Shown here piece after piece: positions 35,728 to 47,800 of a stretch of 64,000 nt of DNA. Source of the DNA: Orbicella franksi (taxonomy: Eukaryota); the NCBI GenBank assembly GCA_964199315.1, contig OZ116698.1, forward strand, positions 11,222,001 to 11,286,000, in the 5' to 3' direction. The position numbers and the translations under genes were made by a program. The notes under the pieces are model-generated. The model saw only the letters and a list, made by a program, of their open reading frames with translations, did no database searches and had not been told where the DNA came from. Positions within the stretch are counted from its first letter, which is position 1. The number at the start of each line of letters is the position of its first letter.

Positions 35728-37005
35728 GTTTGTGTTCTTGTTTCCGCTCGGAAGGCAAGCCGACTGTCGTCCGAATACTTTTGTCAAGGGCCGCTCATGT
35801 CGACGACAAACCAAAATATTGCTCGAGAGTATCTACTCGCACAAATTAGTTAAAATAACTTCGAGCCTCGAACAATTGATGCGTGGAATAACGAGTCTTG
35901 AATCAAGTTAAGAATTCATGTTGAGGCACTAATAGCAGGATAAACTCCAATCTTGCAAGTGACCGTGTTTCTAAACGTTACATATTTCACCTGCGTCCAG
36001 CGAAGATTGTCTTAAAGATAAAAATAAAATGTCTTGTAGGTAATTTACATCCTTTGGTCTAACATCTGTACGACGTACGAACGCAGCCACTGTTACAATC
36101 TAAGGATAATGAAACGCAGATAACTATAAACCGTAACTCGCCATCTGTCGTGCCCCAGGGCAGCCTCCACCATGAATATAATTAGGTTTCTTTAGAAACT
36201 GCGAAAACCACTTATATTTGCCGTGTTCTAGTGACCAACCGGAAATGCATTCCTATTGGATGCTCGGTTACAAACTTGTCAACAGCAATTTTATAGTGCA
36301 GGAGCTCTGCGAGGTTTAGAGAAGGAATCGAAAGGCCACACAGAAAGCGTTTGGCTTTTTTTTCTTTACTGCCGTTGTAAATTGTGATTAGAAAGAGGAA
36401 TAAACAATGCCTCGTTTTTTAATAACTAAACTAATAATAAATAAATAACTAAACTTTAATTCTAGAAAACTAGTCCTTACGGCAAGAAAATCAGATATTT
36501 AACCTTGGAATAACAAACAGTAAAATCAATTTGCCTGATATTCTGGCAAAACAAATCTCCTTTGCGGGGCTATATAAGAAGTTTTCATTCATTATGTTTC
36601 GATTTTTAAAAACGTTCGTTTGCGACGAACTCAAAATTGCCACAACAAATCTGACTGATACATGGTTTCTTATACAGATCAAGTAGGCTTGTATCAATAT
36701 CGTATCATTTCTCTCCCCTCCCCTACGAATTCCTTAGCTCACTCCACCATAGTCGGCAAGTTGGACCCCGCTAATTCGAATTCCCGTTATTTTGAACTTT
36801 CCGGCCGTTATTTCAAATTAAAAACCAGGCTTTTAAACCGAGCTGTTTTCTACTGAAACGGTAACCTGTGTCACAACCGCCCTCCCCCGCCTCCACTCCG
36901 AAACAGTCCCCACCCTCTGTGAGGTTCCACTAGTCAGGCGCCGGGTTATAAACCTCCCGTCTACATCGACGGGCTTATGAGAAGGATTCAACCAGACGGA
37001 AATTT

Positions 37006-37051
37006 CGATCTGGAGTCGAGCGCACTAACCATGAGGCCACCGCGCCTCCAC
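37006..37051 (-). mobile_element. tRNA-like head fragment of the SINE family
   Basis: Reverse complement GTGGAGGCGCGGTGGCCTCATGGTTAGTGCGCTCGACTCCAGATCGA matches the head of 50206-50495. It is truncated before the B box, so it is not a tRNA gene. Confidence 0.7.
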
Positions 37052-37684
37052 ACTACTTTCTACATAACCTTACTAACAATCCGCAATAGGAAGCATCATG
37101 AATCGGGGTAATTTCATTTACTGCGTACAGCTGTTGATTAAGAAACAATATGCCTCCTTTGATCGGTCTAGGGCTAGTGGGGTGGGATAAAAAGGAAGAG
37201 ATTCTAGTGTTGTAGGCACTGCTTGGTAAACCTTGGTGGTATTTATTTAGTAGTATTTATTTACTTCGAGGTTTCTCGATAGACCCTAGTTCAACTCCTC
37301 GGTCGTGCTTGTAAATAGCCACCTGGTCTGCCTCCCGCCAGTTGGGATTTTTAAGCCTCTTATGCTTAGTTGATATATTAATTTGTTTCTTTCAGTGTTT
37401 TAAAAGTGGCATGCCTGTGAACTAGCTACTAGGTGAAGCTAAGCCAGTTGACCACTATAAACAACACATTTGAAAACTTTTTTTTTTGAATGTTGAGACA
37501 CTAGGGCTTGGTCAAGATACTGGCGGATACACACAGGGCAAAAATCATACATTCGTTTTATTTTGAAGCTTAAGCTGTTTCTTTACATACAAAGTAATTA
37601 TGTACAAATCTAATATACAAGTAAAGCATTATTAAGTATACACATGGTCGTCTCGGTTTACGTTCCTTTCACACACAGTCCCAA

Positions 37685-37830
37685 TATCGTTCCCAGAGCT
37701 TGCTTGCTTTTCTTTTGACCAGCGAAAAGAACGCACACTCTGGCCAACTTTCAAATCGGACTTGGACAGAGTCCGAGTTCTTACCGCGCACCGCTGACAA
37801 AACGAAAAGAGGGCTCTGAGGACGAAAATG
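37685..37830. mobile_element. Short MITE (CGTTCCCAGAG / CTCTGAGGACG termini)
   Basis: ATATCGTTCCCAGAGC ... GGCTCTGAGGACGAAAAT form an imperfect inverted pair. It lies in the presumed laminin 3' UTR. Confidence 0.5.
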
Positions 37831-38861
37831 GAAACATCTATTATATAATCATGTTTTAAACTGTAGCATCAGATAAGCGCTTCTCACGAATCTCACCGTC
37901 CATGATCTAAAAAAAAAAATGATTGAAATCACAAGCAATAATTTAATAATCTAAATATAATTTTTGAAGATAACGCGTCAAAAATACTCAATAAATAGTT
38001 TATAAAAAGGCGTATCAAAGCTGTCTTCATAGTTCCGATAGGGACCAAAATAATTGTTTTTTGTTAAAACAACAACAAACAAACAAGTCAAACATTTAGA
38101 TTGCTTTCCGAGGATTGCTATTTTGAGGATTCCATAAATTTTAGTATATTTTTTTTGTTTTCACTTCATTGAACTAATCATGTTCAGTTGACCAGAACGT
38201 AATATTACCTCTATGGGAATCTGAACACACACATAAGTTTGTCTTCATTACCCGGCAACGGTGAGCAAACTGCCACTAGATCTCGATCGTAAATCGCCTT
38301 TACTATTTATATAATTCTCCTAATAGTTAACAAAGTTTCAAGTTCGATATACTTAATTTTTGTCACTGAGGACATTAATTTTTAGACTAAAACTTTTTGA
38401 AGCTGAGTGTCAATTCTGAAGCGAGTCGATCAAGGTTTTTCTGATAACAGTTTGATACCTATCATTAGGCACGCACAGAGATAGGCCCATGCGAGAATAT
38501 GATGAATAACTGTACAAAGAGAGTGATGAGTTGTGACATCCCGTTGCCGGTTTTACGTATAATTAAAACTGTAACAATTTTGATAATTTTAAGCCAAGGT
38601 AAAATTTGACGTTCGAGTGAATTCATTCAGTGTTCCTTTCCTAGTATATCTATTTGGCATCAGTTTGTCCAGCATCCCGGATACCAAAGTCCTTGAAGAC
38701 CAGCGTGCAGATTACCCTGCCTAATGAAAATCAAAACGGGAGATTCCCTATCCCCAGTCCTAACTGTCAGTCGTACAAATCGTCTGTTCATAGCCTTCAG
38801 GATAGGCTGTCGCCGCACGCTGCATTTCCATTTTGTTAATTTACACTGTCTTCGTAGACTA

Positions 38862-41800
38862 TCATGATGAATGGTCACACGTTACTGACGACAGTGATGC
38901 GTGAAGTTGTTTAAGTTCAGCGATTTCCATTCGCCTTTGCCTGACTTTTTCTCGATATTCCATTACAAACTGCTGTTGCTGCTCTTTGGCATTTTTCAGT
39001 TCTGTAATGATGTCCGCAAGATTTTTTTGTGTAAACTCCGTACGTAACCTCTGTATCTCGCTCTGTAGTTCACTCAGCCTCGTGACGTTCACCTGCTGTA
39101 GCCTACCAGCTTCTAACACTACGCGATCAACGCGCGCTTTCAAGTTCTTTGCAGCAACATCAGCTTTGTCTGCCTCACTCTTCGCAGAATGAGCATCTCG
39201 CAGAGCGTTGGAAGCCAACTTGGAATAGTTTCCTTTACACACGTCAATCTGTCCCTGAGAAGAGGAGTTCATGGCGGTGACGTTCTGTTCGACTTGCCTG
39301 AAATAGCTTGCTGTGAACTTGGATTGGCCTGCGTCACGAGAAAGTGCCCTTGCGTCTTCATGAATAATGGACACAGCCTAAGGAAACCAACAAGACGGTT
39401 CAGTTGGAATATGAATGAGAAAAGACGTCTTCGTTTAGACAGGTTCACGTTTACTAAAGCAACTAACCAGTACCCCGTGAAACACCCTGATAAAACGGTC
39501 CTAATTTGTACAACAGGTTGAATGATAAATATTGAATGAAATATTAAAACCGAGTCGTGCTTGAAAATGAAAGAGTTGCATACTTGACCCGTACAAGTTC
39601 TCCTTTAACGAACGACTGCGAGATAGATATCAAGTCAAAAGCCGTCGGTAAAATGTTGCTTCACTTACCTGATTCTCGTCAAGTGAAATATTCCTTGCTT
39701 GCTGTGCTAGGTCCAGGCCTCGTTTAGCAGTTGCTAGCGTTGCTTGAAGGGAAGCGTTGATTCCCTGGGCAAACTGAATGGCATTCAAGCTTGTGGTGTT
39801 AGCTTCCTTGGCTCGCTGAAGCGACAGGTCAGCAAACTCTTGCGCCTCCTGTGCCTTGGACTCGAAATTCTGCAGTATCTGTAACATTTCTTCAGCGTCT
39901 TCAAGAGCCTTGGTGGCAAGTTGTACAGCGTCCATGGCTTCTTGTCTAGCCCTACGTGATTCCTTTAGGATTTCTTGCCCGGTTGAGTCGGCGTTTTCCA
40001 CACGAAGCATCAAAGCTTGCACCTCTTCGACAGCTAACCCAACTTGTGCAGTTAAATTGGAGTATGTCTGGGTCAGATTCTTGGCTCTTGAGATTACTTC
40101 TTGTGCCTGCCTGCTCGCCTGCATCGCCGCTCTTTCAATCTGACTGACCGTGACTGTATTGTTGGGATCCAGCAACATTACCTGTGATGTGGTCTCATTG
40201 GCTTGTAACAAGACAGTCGACGCGTTAACAAACAGCTCATAAGCTGTGGAATTCATGGCTTCACCATAGACTTGTATCACATCAACGCGCATTTTCAGTT
40301 CATCAAGGGAACTTTCAAGATCGCTTTGCTCATTTACTGCATTTTCAGCCACCGTATTAGCTTCTGCAATCACGGAGTCAGCGTTATTCACTTTACCTTG
40401 GATGTTGTAGGCCGTTTCATTTTGACGTGTTGCTGCCGCCGTGAAATTGTCCGCCAGCCCACTGAACCTTGGTACCAGATTGCTGAGATAATCGCTTACA
40501 GTTTCAACCTCGAGGACAGCAGGATCGATCGACATGTTGAGAAGATTATTGCTGTAACGCACTTCATCACGAATCTGCGCAATGAGCTGTCTTATTCTTT
40601 CCTTATCCTGTTCCACAGTAGTCAAGTTACTAGACAGTTCGTTCACACCAGGTGTGACCTCTTGCATCAAGACTTCTTCCAGTCGATTCAGAGTCTCATT
40701 GAGTTGCTTAATCTGCTCCGTTACATTCTTCTCTATTTCTTGCGACTCTTCTGCATCAGAGACCAAACTACTAACGGTGTCATTAGAATTGGCAAGTCTT
40801 TGGGCGAATGAGGCGTCCCCGATATGTCCATTTCGTAGACGATCTATTGTGTTGGCTAGGGCAGCTGAGCTTACTCGAAGCTTTTTCACCTCCACGTAGA
40901 TAAGGCGGTAACACTCAGGACAGTCTAAGAAATGGAATGGAAACATGTTAATAAAATTTAATGTTGTGCAAGTGTCGTCCTTTGTGCATCACTGGATTTT
41001 ACTGGCATTGCTTTTTCATTTGTTCAAACTGCAAATAGCTAGAATGTTTTCAAATAGTCCCTTTGGGCTGCAAATTGTTTTGGACCAAAATAAATTTAAA
41101 AGGGTACATTTTGGAAACACCGGGCAAATTGCCACTTGACAATCTTCGGAATGCTCGTGCAATTTTTTTTTTTTTTTGATATGAGAATCATGATCATCAT
41201 CTGTTCTCTTGATCTATGCATGCGACGCATACATGTAAGGCGTCTTAGATGGAGAAAAACATCGTAAACTCTTTGGATGCATAGGCAAGAATTTTTTAAA
41301 CAAGGACGAATCTGGATGTAACCTCCTCCGCACTTACCAACACACCCTCTGCTGGTATTGTATGCGTTCTCGTGGCATCGGTCACACTGCCTACCACCAA
41401 TTCTTGGTTTACAGGTGCACTGGCCGGTGGTCTCGTTACAAACGGTACTGTTACCGTACAGCGTGTTGGGAAGGACACATTCACAGTCTAAAGCACAAGA
41501 AGACGAAAAAAAAAAAAAAAACGAAAGAAACATGAGTTAGGAGACGAATTGCTGGACATCAACGCAAGTAAAACAATGTGATGTTAGGCTAATCATTGTT
41601 GATGATGGCAATTTCACCGTAAGTGATTTACGAACAAGTAACCTAAACAAGCAAGAACTAAGGATTTACAATAGTTACTGTATCAACGCACGCCCTGTAA
41701 TGAGACACTGAAATGCAGTAAAAATTCTCCAACATAAGAATATATAAGCATAAAAAATTTAACATCCACAAGACAAAATGTCTTGCCATTACTTTTGAAG

Positions 41801-44800
41801 AACGATCTTTTGAACTGGCTTCGTTAGGAATGAAGCAGCCCAATATTGTGTAATTGAAGTTTTAACTTAAAGTACAAGCGACTATTATTTGTATGCTATT
41901 TCGTCAGGATGAAAGGCTTTTCCCAACTATAAACCATAATGCAAATATATTATTACCTCGGCAGCCACCAGATGAAGGATTTAACCCAAAGAATCCTGGT
42001 ATACACCGTCTACAATCAGTTGTGTTGTCCACACCAGGTTGACACCTCTCACAGTGTTCACCCTCAGATCCCATACGACAGTTGTAGCATGTACCATTCT
42101 CAGGAAAGCACTCTTGTGAACGACCAGTGCATGAGCACAGTACACATGAGCTGAGAACATTGGGAGTGTTGTTGAGGTTGGGGGACTGGCGAGTGTATCC
42201 TACAAGGGGAAGTATGTTAGGAACATGGTAATTTGCACGTTGTAAAATTGTAAAACTACATGCACAGTAATGTGTAGTGTACATTCAGTAGCCTGCGTAG
42301 CAGGCGTATAAAGGGGATGGGGTGGGGAGGAGGAAGAGAATTTGGGGAAAAAAACGGAGGAGTGGGGGGAGGGGAGGGCAAAGGACTTGCGCGTAAACAG
42401 CTTCATTTGAATCATGTGGTGCCAGAACGACCAAAGGAAAATAGATTTTCAAATGAAAGTTTGAAGTAAAGAAGTAAACTTTACTCCATAAAATCTGCAG
42501 CTGCTGTTTTTTTGAATGTCTATCTTTGGTTTTCTTTCTCTTTCACAAACCTTTGTGGGAGTTGCTGACATTACACGGCTTGAAAATTTTCTCACAATGC
42601 TTGCAGCTATGAATATTTTTTCATGCCTTCCCGCGTAAAGTCAGTCATGTAGAAAAACGTGCGCCTTATTCTCATTGGCCATTGAACTGACAGCTCTGTT
42701 AATCCGATTACCGTAAAACAGTAGGCGGAGATGCAAAAAGAAGCGGCTTTTGTAGCAGGCGTTCCCTTCCCCGAATTCTCTTCCTCCTCCCCCACTCCCT
42801 CCCCTTTATACGCCTGCTATGCAGGCTATACATTAAGATGAAAAGGGGATAGCAGTCAAAGAAAGGCATTGACTAATAATTTGCTTAACTATGCGTCTTG
42901 GCTGCTGAGAAAACATAAACTTGAACCAACTCTGTGATGGCTTAAATAGTTTTTTGTGCATCCTTTTGTTTGAAGTCACATCAAAACTGCTGCCTTACTC
43001 TCCATGACAGGACATGGTAATAAACTTTTTTTCCTGAGAATTGGTCACTATTAGAGTACTACTAGTATAACAAAGGCAACAGCTCCTTGTTGCTTAATAA
43101 GTAAACTACTGTGAACACTCTGCAAGATGGACACACTTGGAAGTTCTACCTGTCTGCTTAGAGAGGTGTCCAGCTTAAAGAGTGTTCAGTTAAAGAGAAA
43201 CAAGTGAAAATTCAGTCGGAACCAGTGAGACACCCATGTCTGACTTAAGGACATGTCTGTCCTACAGTGGTGCCTATTTTAAGAGGGTTGACTGAATAAT
43301 TAAGCATATGAAAAAAAAAAAATTAATTTCCACACAATGGACCAAGAGATCCAAAACTACATGTATGCCATTAATCTGGTGTCTGTCCGCCCTACCTGAA
43401 TTGCAAAATCCACATGACAGCTCTGTGTAGTTGTTTGGACATGTGCAATTTTCAACAAATCCCACTTCTTCACCAACACCTTTGGTGGCAGACACCAGTT
43501 GAACTTTTATTGTGACATAGCCATTGGCCTTAAAACTTCCATGTATTTCAACATTCGCAATGTCCACCAGAATACTCTGGAGTTTGTAGGCTGTTAAGTT
43601 GTTGAGGGCGTAATGTTCATGCAGTCTAGCACGATATTGCTTGTTTGACAAGGATGGTTGAGGTACTATGTTAAAATATGCTGTTTCCCCTTTGGTGTTT
43701 GTCAGGGTGACATTCCAAGTTGCATTCAAACTGTCCACATCAGCATAAGTCATGTTCATCTCTAACAACTGACCATAAGAATGGAGTTGGTTACCTTCAA
43801 AGTTTTCTATTAAAGTCAACTTGATAAAACTGTTGGGTGGAAATGTGATTTCAACAGTGTCACCATCATTCAAACTCTTCATTGTAGTATTTTCAGACTT
43901 GTCAACCTTATAAATGATCTCTGGTGAGAAATCAGCTGTTATGTAGGATTTAACAAAGCCTTGAGCTGAAGAGCAAACATCAGATCGACCAAAACAGAAG
44001 CATGGGGAGCACCCATCTGGATTGTTTGGGTCACTATTGTACGTTCCATTCTTGCACATCCCACACTTATTTCCTTCAGCGTTGGACTTGCATGTACAGA
44101 TCCCTGTGTTTAGATGACATTGCAGTGAACTAGAGCCTCCCTCATGGCAGTTACATGGCCTAGAAAGCACATAAAAGGATGACTTATCAATACAAAGACT
44201 GATTCTGATCTGTCTTCGTTTTATTGTTTAGAAGCAACCATTTGAAATGAGAGCGTTGTTTTAACAAAGAAGAAGCACCTAAGTGAGGAGTGATGTTCAT
44301 TTTCATCGTCAATACTTACTGGCATCCCTCTGATGTAAAATTGAAGAAGTTTTCACGACACATGTCACATTTAGTACCAGTGGTGCTGTTTTTACAAGGA
44401 CAGACTCCATTCCTGTCACATTGAAGATCTGCAGAGCCACTTGCATTGCAGTTGCACTCAACGCATCCCTGTCCTGTGTGAAAACCATAGTAGTTTGCAT
44501 CACATCTGCTGCAGGTTCTTGTCACAACACCAGACCTACATGGGCACTGTCCAGTCACAGGATCACAAACCAGATCTGAGGATCCCAGCTCACTGCAGTT
44601 ACAAGCTGAAAAGAGGAAAACCCACACAGATGTTATTGACAGTAGATAGATATATTGATTCAACTGAGGCCTCAAGCTCAAGGCCTCAATGAATCAATAT
44701 ATCTTTCTCAATCCAAAATGCTACTGAAAGACAACTTTAAATGTCATTGACAGTGTTTCGACAAGTTCATCCATGCAAATATATGGTGACTTTTTGAGGG

Positions 44801-47800
44801 TGAGGGTAGGTTAAGCCATCTTTTACACATGTGGTCATGTAACCTTTCTTCTATCCTGCAACCCAGCTATTACTCTGGGGTACAGTGCAAATGGTGGTCA
44901 CTCATATTTGTACACAGATGTGAACAAGGATAACCATTGTTAAATAAATTCATCCATACCCACACACTGAAATGGGGTGCCTTGAAGTCCCTAATGACAG
45001 CAGTTAAAGAACCATTTAACTACACATAAAGTACCTGTACATCCACTATCAGTGAAGTTGAAGAAGCCTGGTAGGCAACGATCACATGACTGTCCTGTTA
45101 CTCCTGGCTTGCAATGACACTGACCTCCAAGCTGTTGACAAGTTGTGCCATTCTCAGTTCCTGTACTGTTACATGAACAAGCTGCAAGAATTAAATGTAG
45201 CAACATAAAATACTTGTATGTGTACATGAGTTTTATTTACCCTTTCATTAGAATTTTGAATAGAAATAATACTTACCAATAGCTCCATCAAATACTTCAG
45301 CCATGGTGGAGAAAGTGACATTTCTGCAGATGTCAGAGCTATTTTGTGATCCAGCAATGGTGGTAGAATTGCTCCAGCAATCGTCGATCTGCTGTAAAGT
45401 CATACCATGAACAGAGCTATTATAAATCCTGACTTCTCTCACATTTGGAAGCAAGCCTAATGAATCTATTTGTATCGTTGAGTTTGGGTACATTCCACTG
45501 ACATATGTCAAGTTCAAATGGTACTCTTGGCTGCTAAGAAATGAAACAGCTTCTTGGGATATCCAGGCTAACCCAGCTCCGTGGGGTAATTGAGAAATTG
45601 TAAAGTTATTTGTTTTGTGACACGCTGATGCATTGCATGAACTTATGGAGAGCCTCAGTGTTATGTTGGCGTCTTTGATGCTGGTGTAACGAATGACTAC
45701 ATAGTAGTCACTGAAGCTTGTGGATAGGTTAACAGTGAAAGAAATGAACTGACTGAATCCAATCTTTCCATATCCTCTGCCAGTAAATACTTGGTCTACT
45801 CCAGTGAAGTAAGAAGTTGCTTCATAACTTCCCATGGCATCTTCAGCTTCATATTTCAGATGATAAAAAGAGGCAACATAGAACCCCTTACTAACTTCGG
45901 TACAACGCTTTCCTTGAATATGACTTCGACACAAGCAAGTTCCTAAACAAGAGAAAGTAGTGTTCAGTCCACAAACAGTTGCAGAGTTAGCCACTGCTCT
46001 TTAACATCGTTTGCCATTACAATTTTATAAATGAAAACTATACTATGTTTAGCATAATTTCCAAGTTCTTTTTACTTGTGAGCTTTAAACAAAATTAGTA
46101 GTCTCAAAAGTGATCAGCTAATAGTAGTGGATAGTGGAACAAAGAGCATTTTGTAATATATTAAACACATATGTGTTGTTTTATTTGGCCAAAAAATGGC
46201 AAGTAATACACACATACATGTACATTTCTACCATATATATCCAACAAAATTGATCTGTATATAAAACTAGGACTGTAATATTTTTACATCTCTAAACTAC
46301 CCATATCACAGCTACAGCCTACTTAATATTGAAGGAAGTGTTCAAGAAGGACCAGTTATATAATTTTAACAAGACAAAAATTTTTGAAACAAACCATTTA
46401 TTTTTTCACAGATATCCTCAATGCTTCCTCCATAATCACAGTCACACTGAAGACAATCCACTTCAACAGATTTAGGAAATGAGTAGAAACCATCTTTGCA
46501 CTCAGAGCAAGTATGTTGATGAATATTTTCCTTGCAAGGGCATTGGCCTAAATCTTGATTACAGCTTAAACTTCCATTTTTAGTGCCATTTCCATTGCAC
46601 TTGCATTCTGGAGTAAAATTTTCAAAATCACATGTCAAAACTACAGAACTAGATGCTGACGTCAACCAGCAAACAGTTAGGAAATAATTATAAGAAAATA
46701 CTTTTGAAAGAATTGTTACACTAGTGGGGGGTGGGGGACAGGGGGGCGGGAGCCCGGGAGAATAGGGGGCGGGAGGGCTACGGGAGGCAGAAGAGGAAAG
46801 GGCGGGAAGTGGGAGTTCTAAGAGGGCGGGAAGCGGGAGAGAAATGCGAAATGCTAATTTTTTTAATTCAACAATGCGTTAGAATACTTTCAAAACAAGA
46901 ACTCAAAATATATTTGACTTGCATTTAATGTCTTCTCAGTCACTTCTGAGACTTCTGAGCAAACAAGCAAATGAAAATTTGCGCTTGGGCTGAAAAATAG
47001 GCTTACTTCCGGTCAAATAGTAAACCCGTTTACAGTGGTTACGTCATAGGTCATGAAATGTCAAGCGGCATTAGTGCACGTGTGTTGCGTAAGCTGTTAA
47101 ATATTGCAAAAAGGTGAGACGAGCAGGCGATCTCAAATCAATGTCGTCCAAGACAATTTTATTAGGTCTCAGTATTTTTCGGTGCAGCAGTGAAAGGTCC
47201 GTGCATGGAAGACCTTCTTGGGAGCTTGCTCCTTACGCCCGTGAATCAGAACGGACCAAAGATTTCACCGCATGGCATAGAGATGCCTCAACTGAATGCT
47301 GCTTTAATGAGCACGCTGGAGAGTGTGTAGTGGTTTGTTTTACGTCTCAGTTTTTTGTTTTAGACAAGTTGAAATCGATTCCAATTAGACTAGGCGGACA
47401 AACAGCTTGGGAAGCAGTCAGGAACAACTTCATCGAAAACAAAGAAAAGATTGCTTCTAAAGATTATGAATTGCACGGTAGGTGTGCTACCCTGTTTTGT
47501 TAGCCATTGTTTAATAACTTACCACAGCAATCGTTAGACTTAACATATATTTTGAGTTTTTCCTTGTTTCCTCGCATTTGCTAACACTGTAGATACTGTA
47601 TCACACGATAACTCTCTAAAACACAACAGCACCAAATTTCTAAATTCTTAAAGATTTTGCATGTGTACATTGGCTAGAGGAAATTGCCAGTGAGTCCAGA
47701 TACGCATATCTGAAATCCGCCTGGGACGTTTGGCTGCAATTCCGTCAAATCCTACTTCCATGATTTAATTGTCTGATCCCAATAAACGCCGGACTGGTTA

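Noticed and set aside
37006-37051. tRNA-like sequences here and at 50206-50280
   Set aside because: These are SINE heads. No complete cloverleaf or acceptor stem is present, and the 50206 copy continues into SINE body sequence.
39189-40899. Long plus-strand ORFs overlapping the laminin exons (e.g. 40272-40811, 51950-52411, 54592-54936, 56572-56871)
   Set aside because: They are antisense shadows of long coding exons with no independent domain signal.
47114-47503. 129-aa ORF inside the poly-G TIR element as a transposase
   Set aside because: No DDE, zinc-finger or HTH motif is recognisable. It may be a decayed remnant but is not callable.
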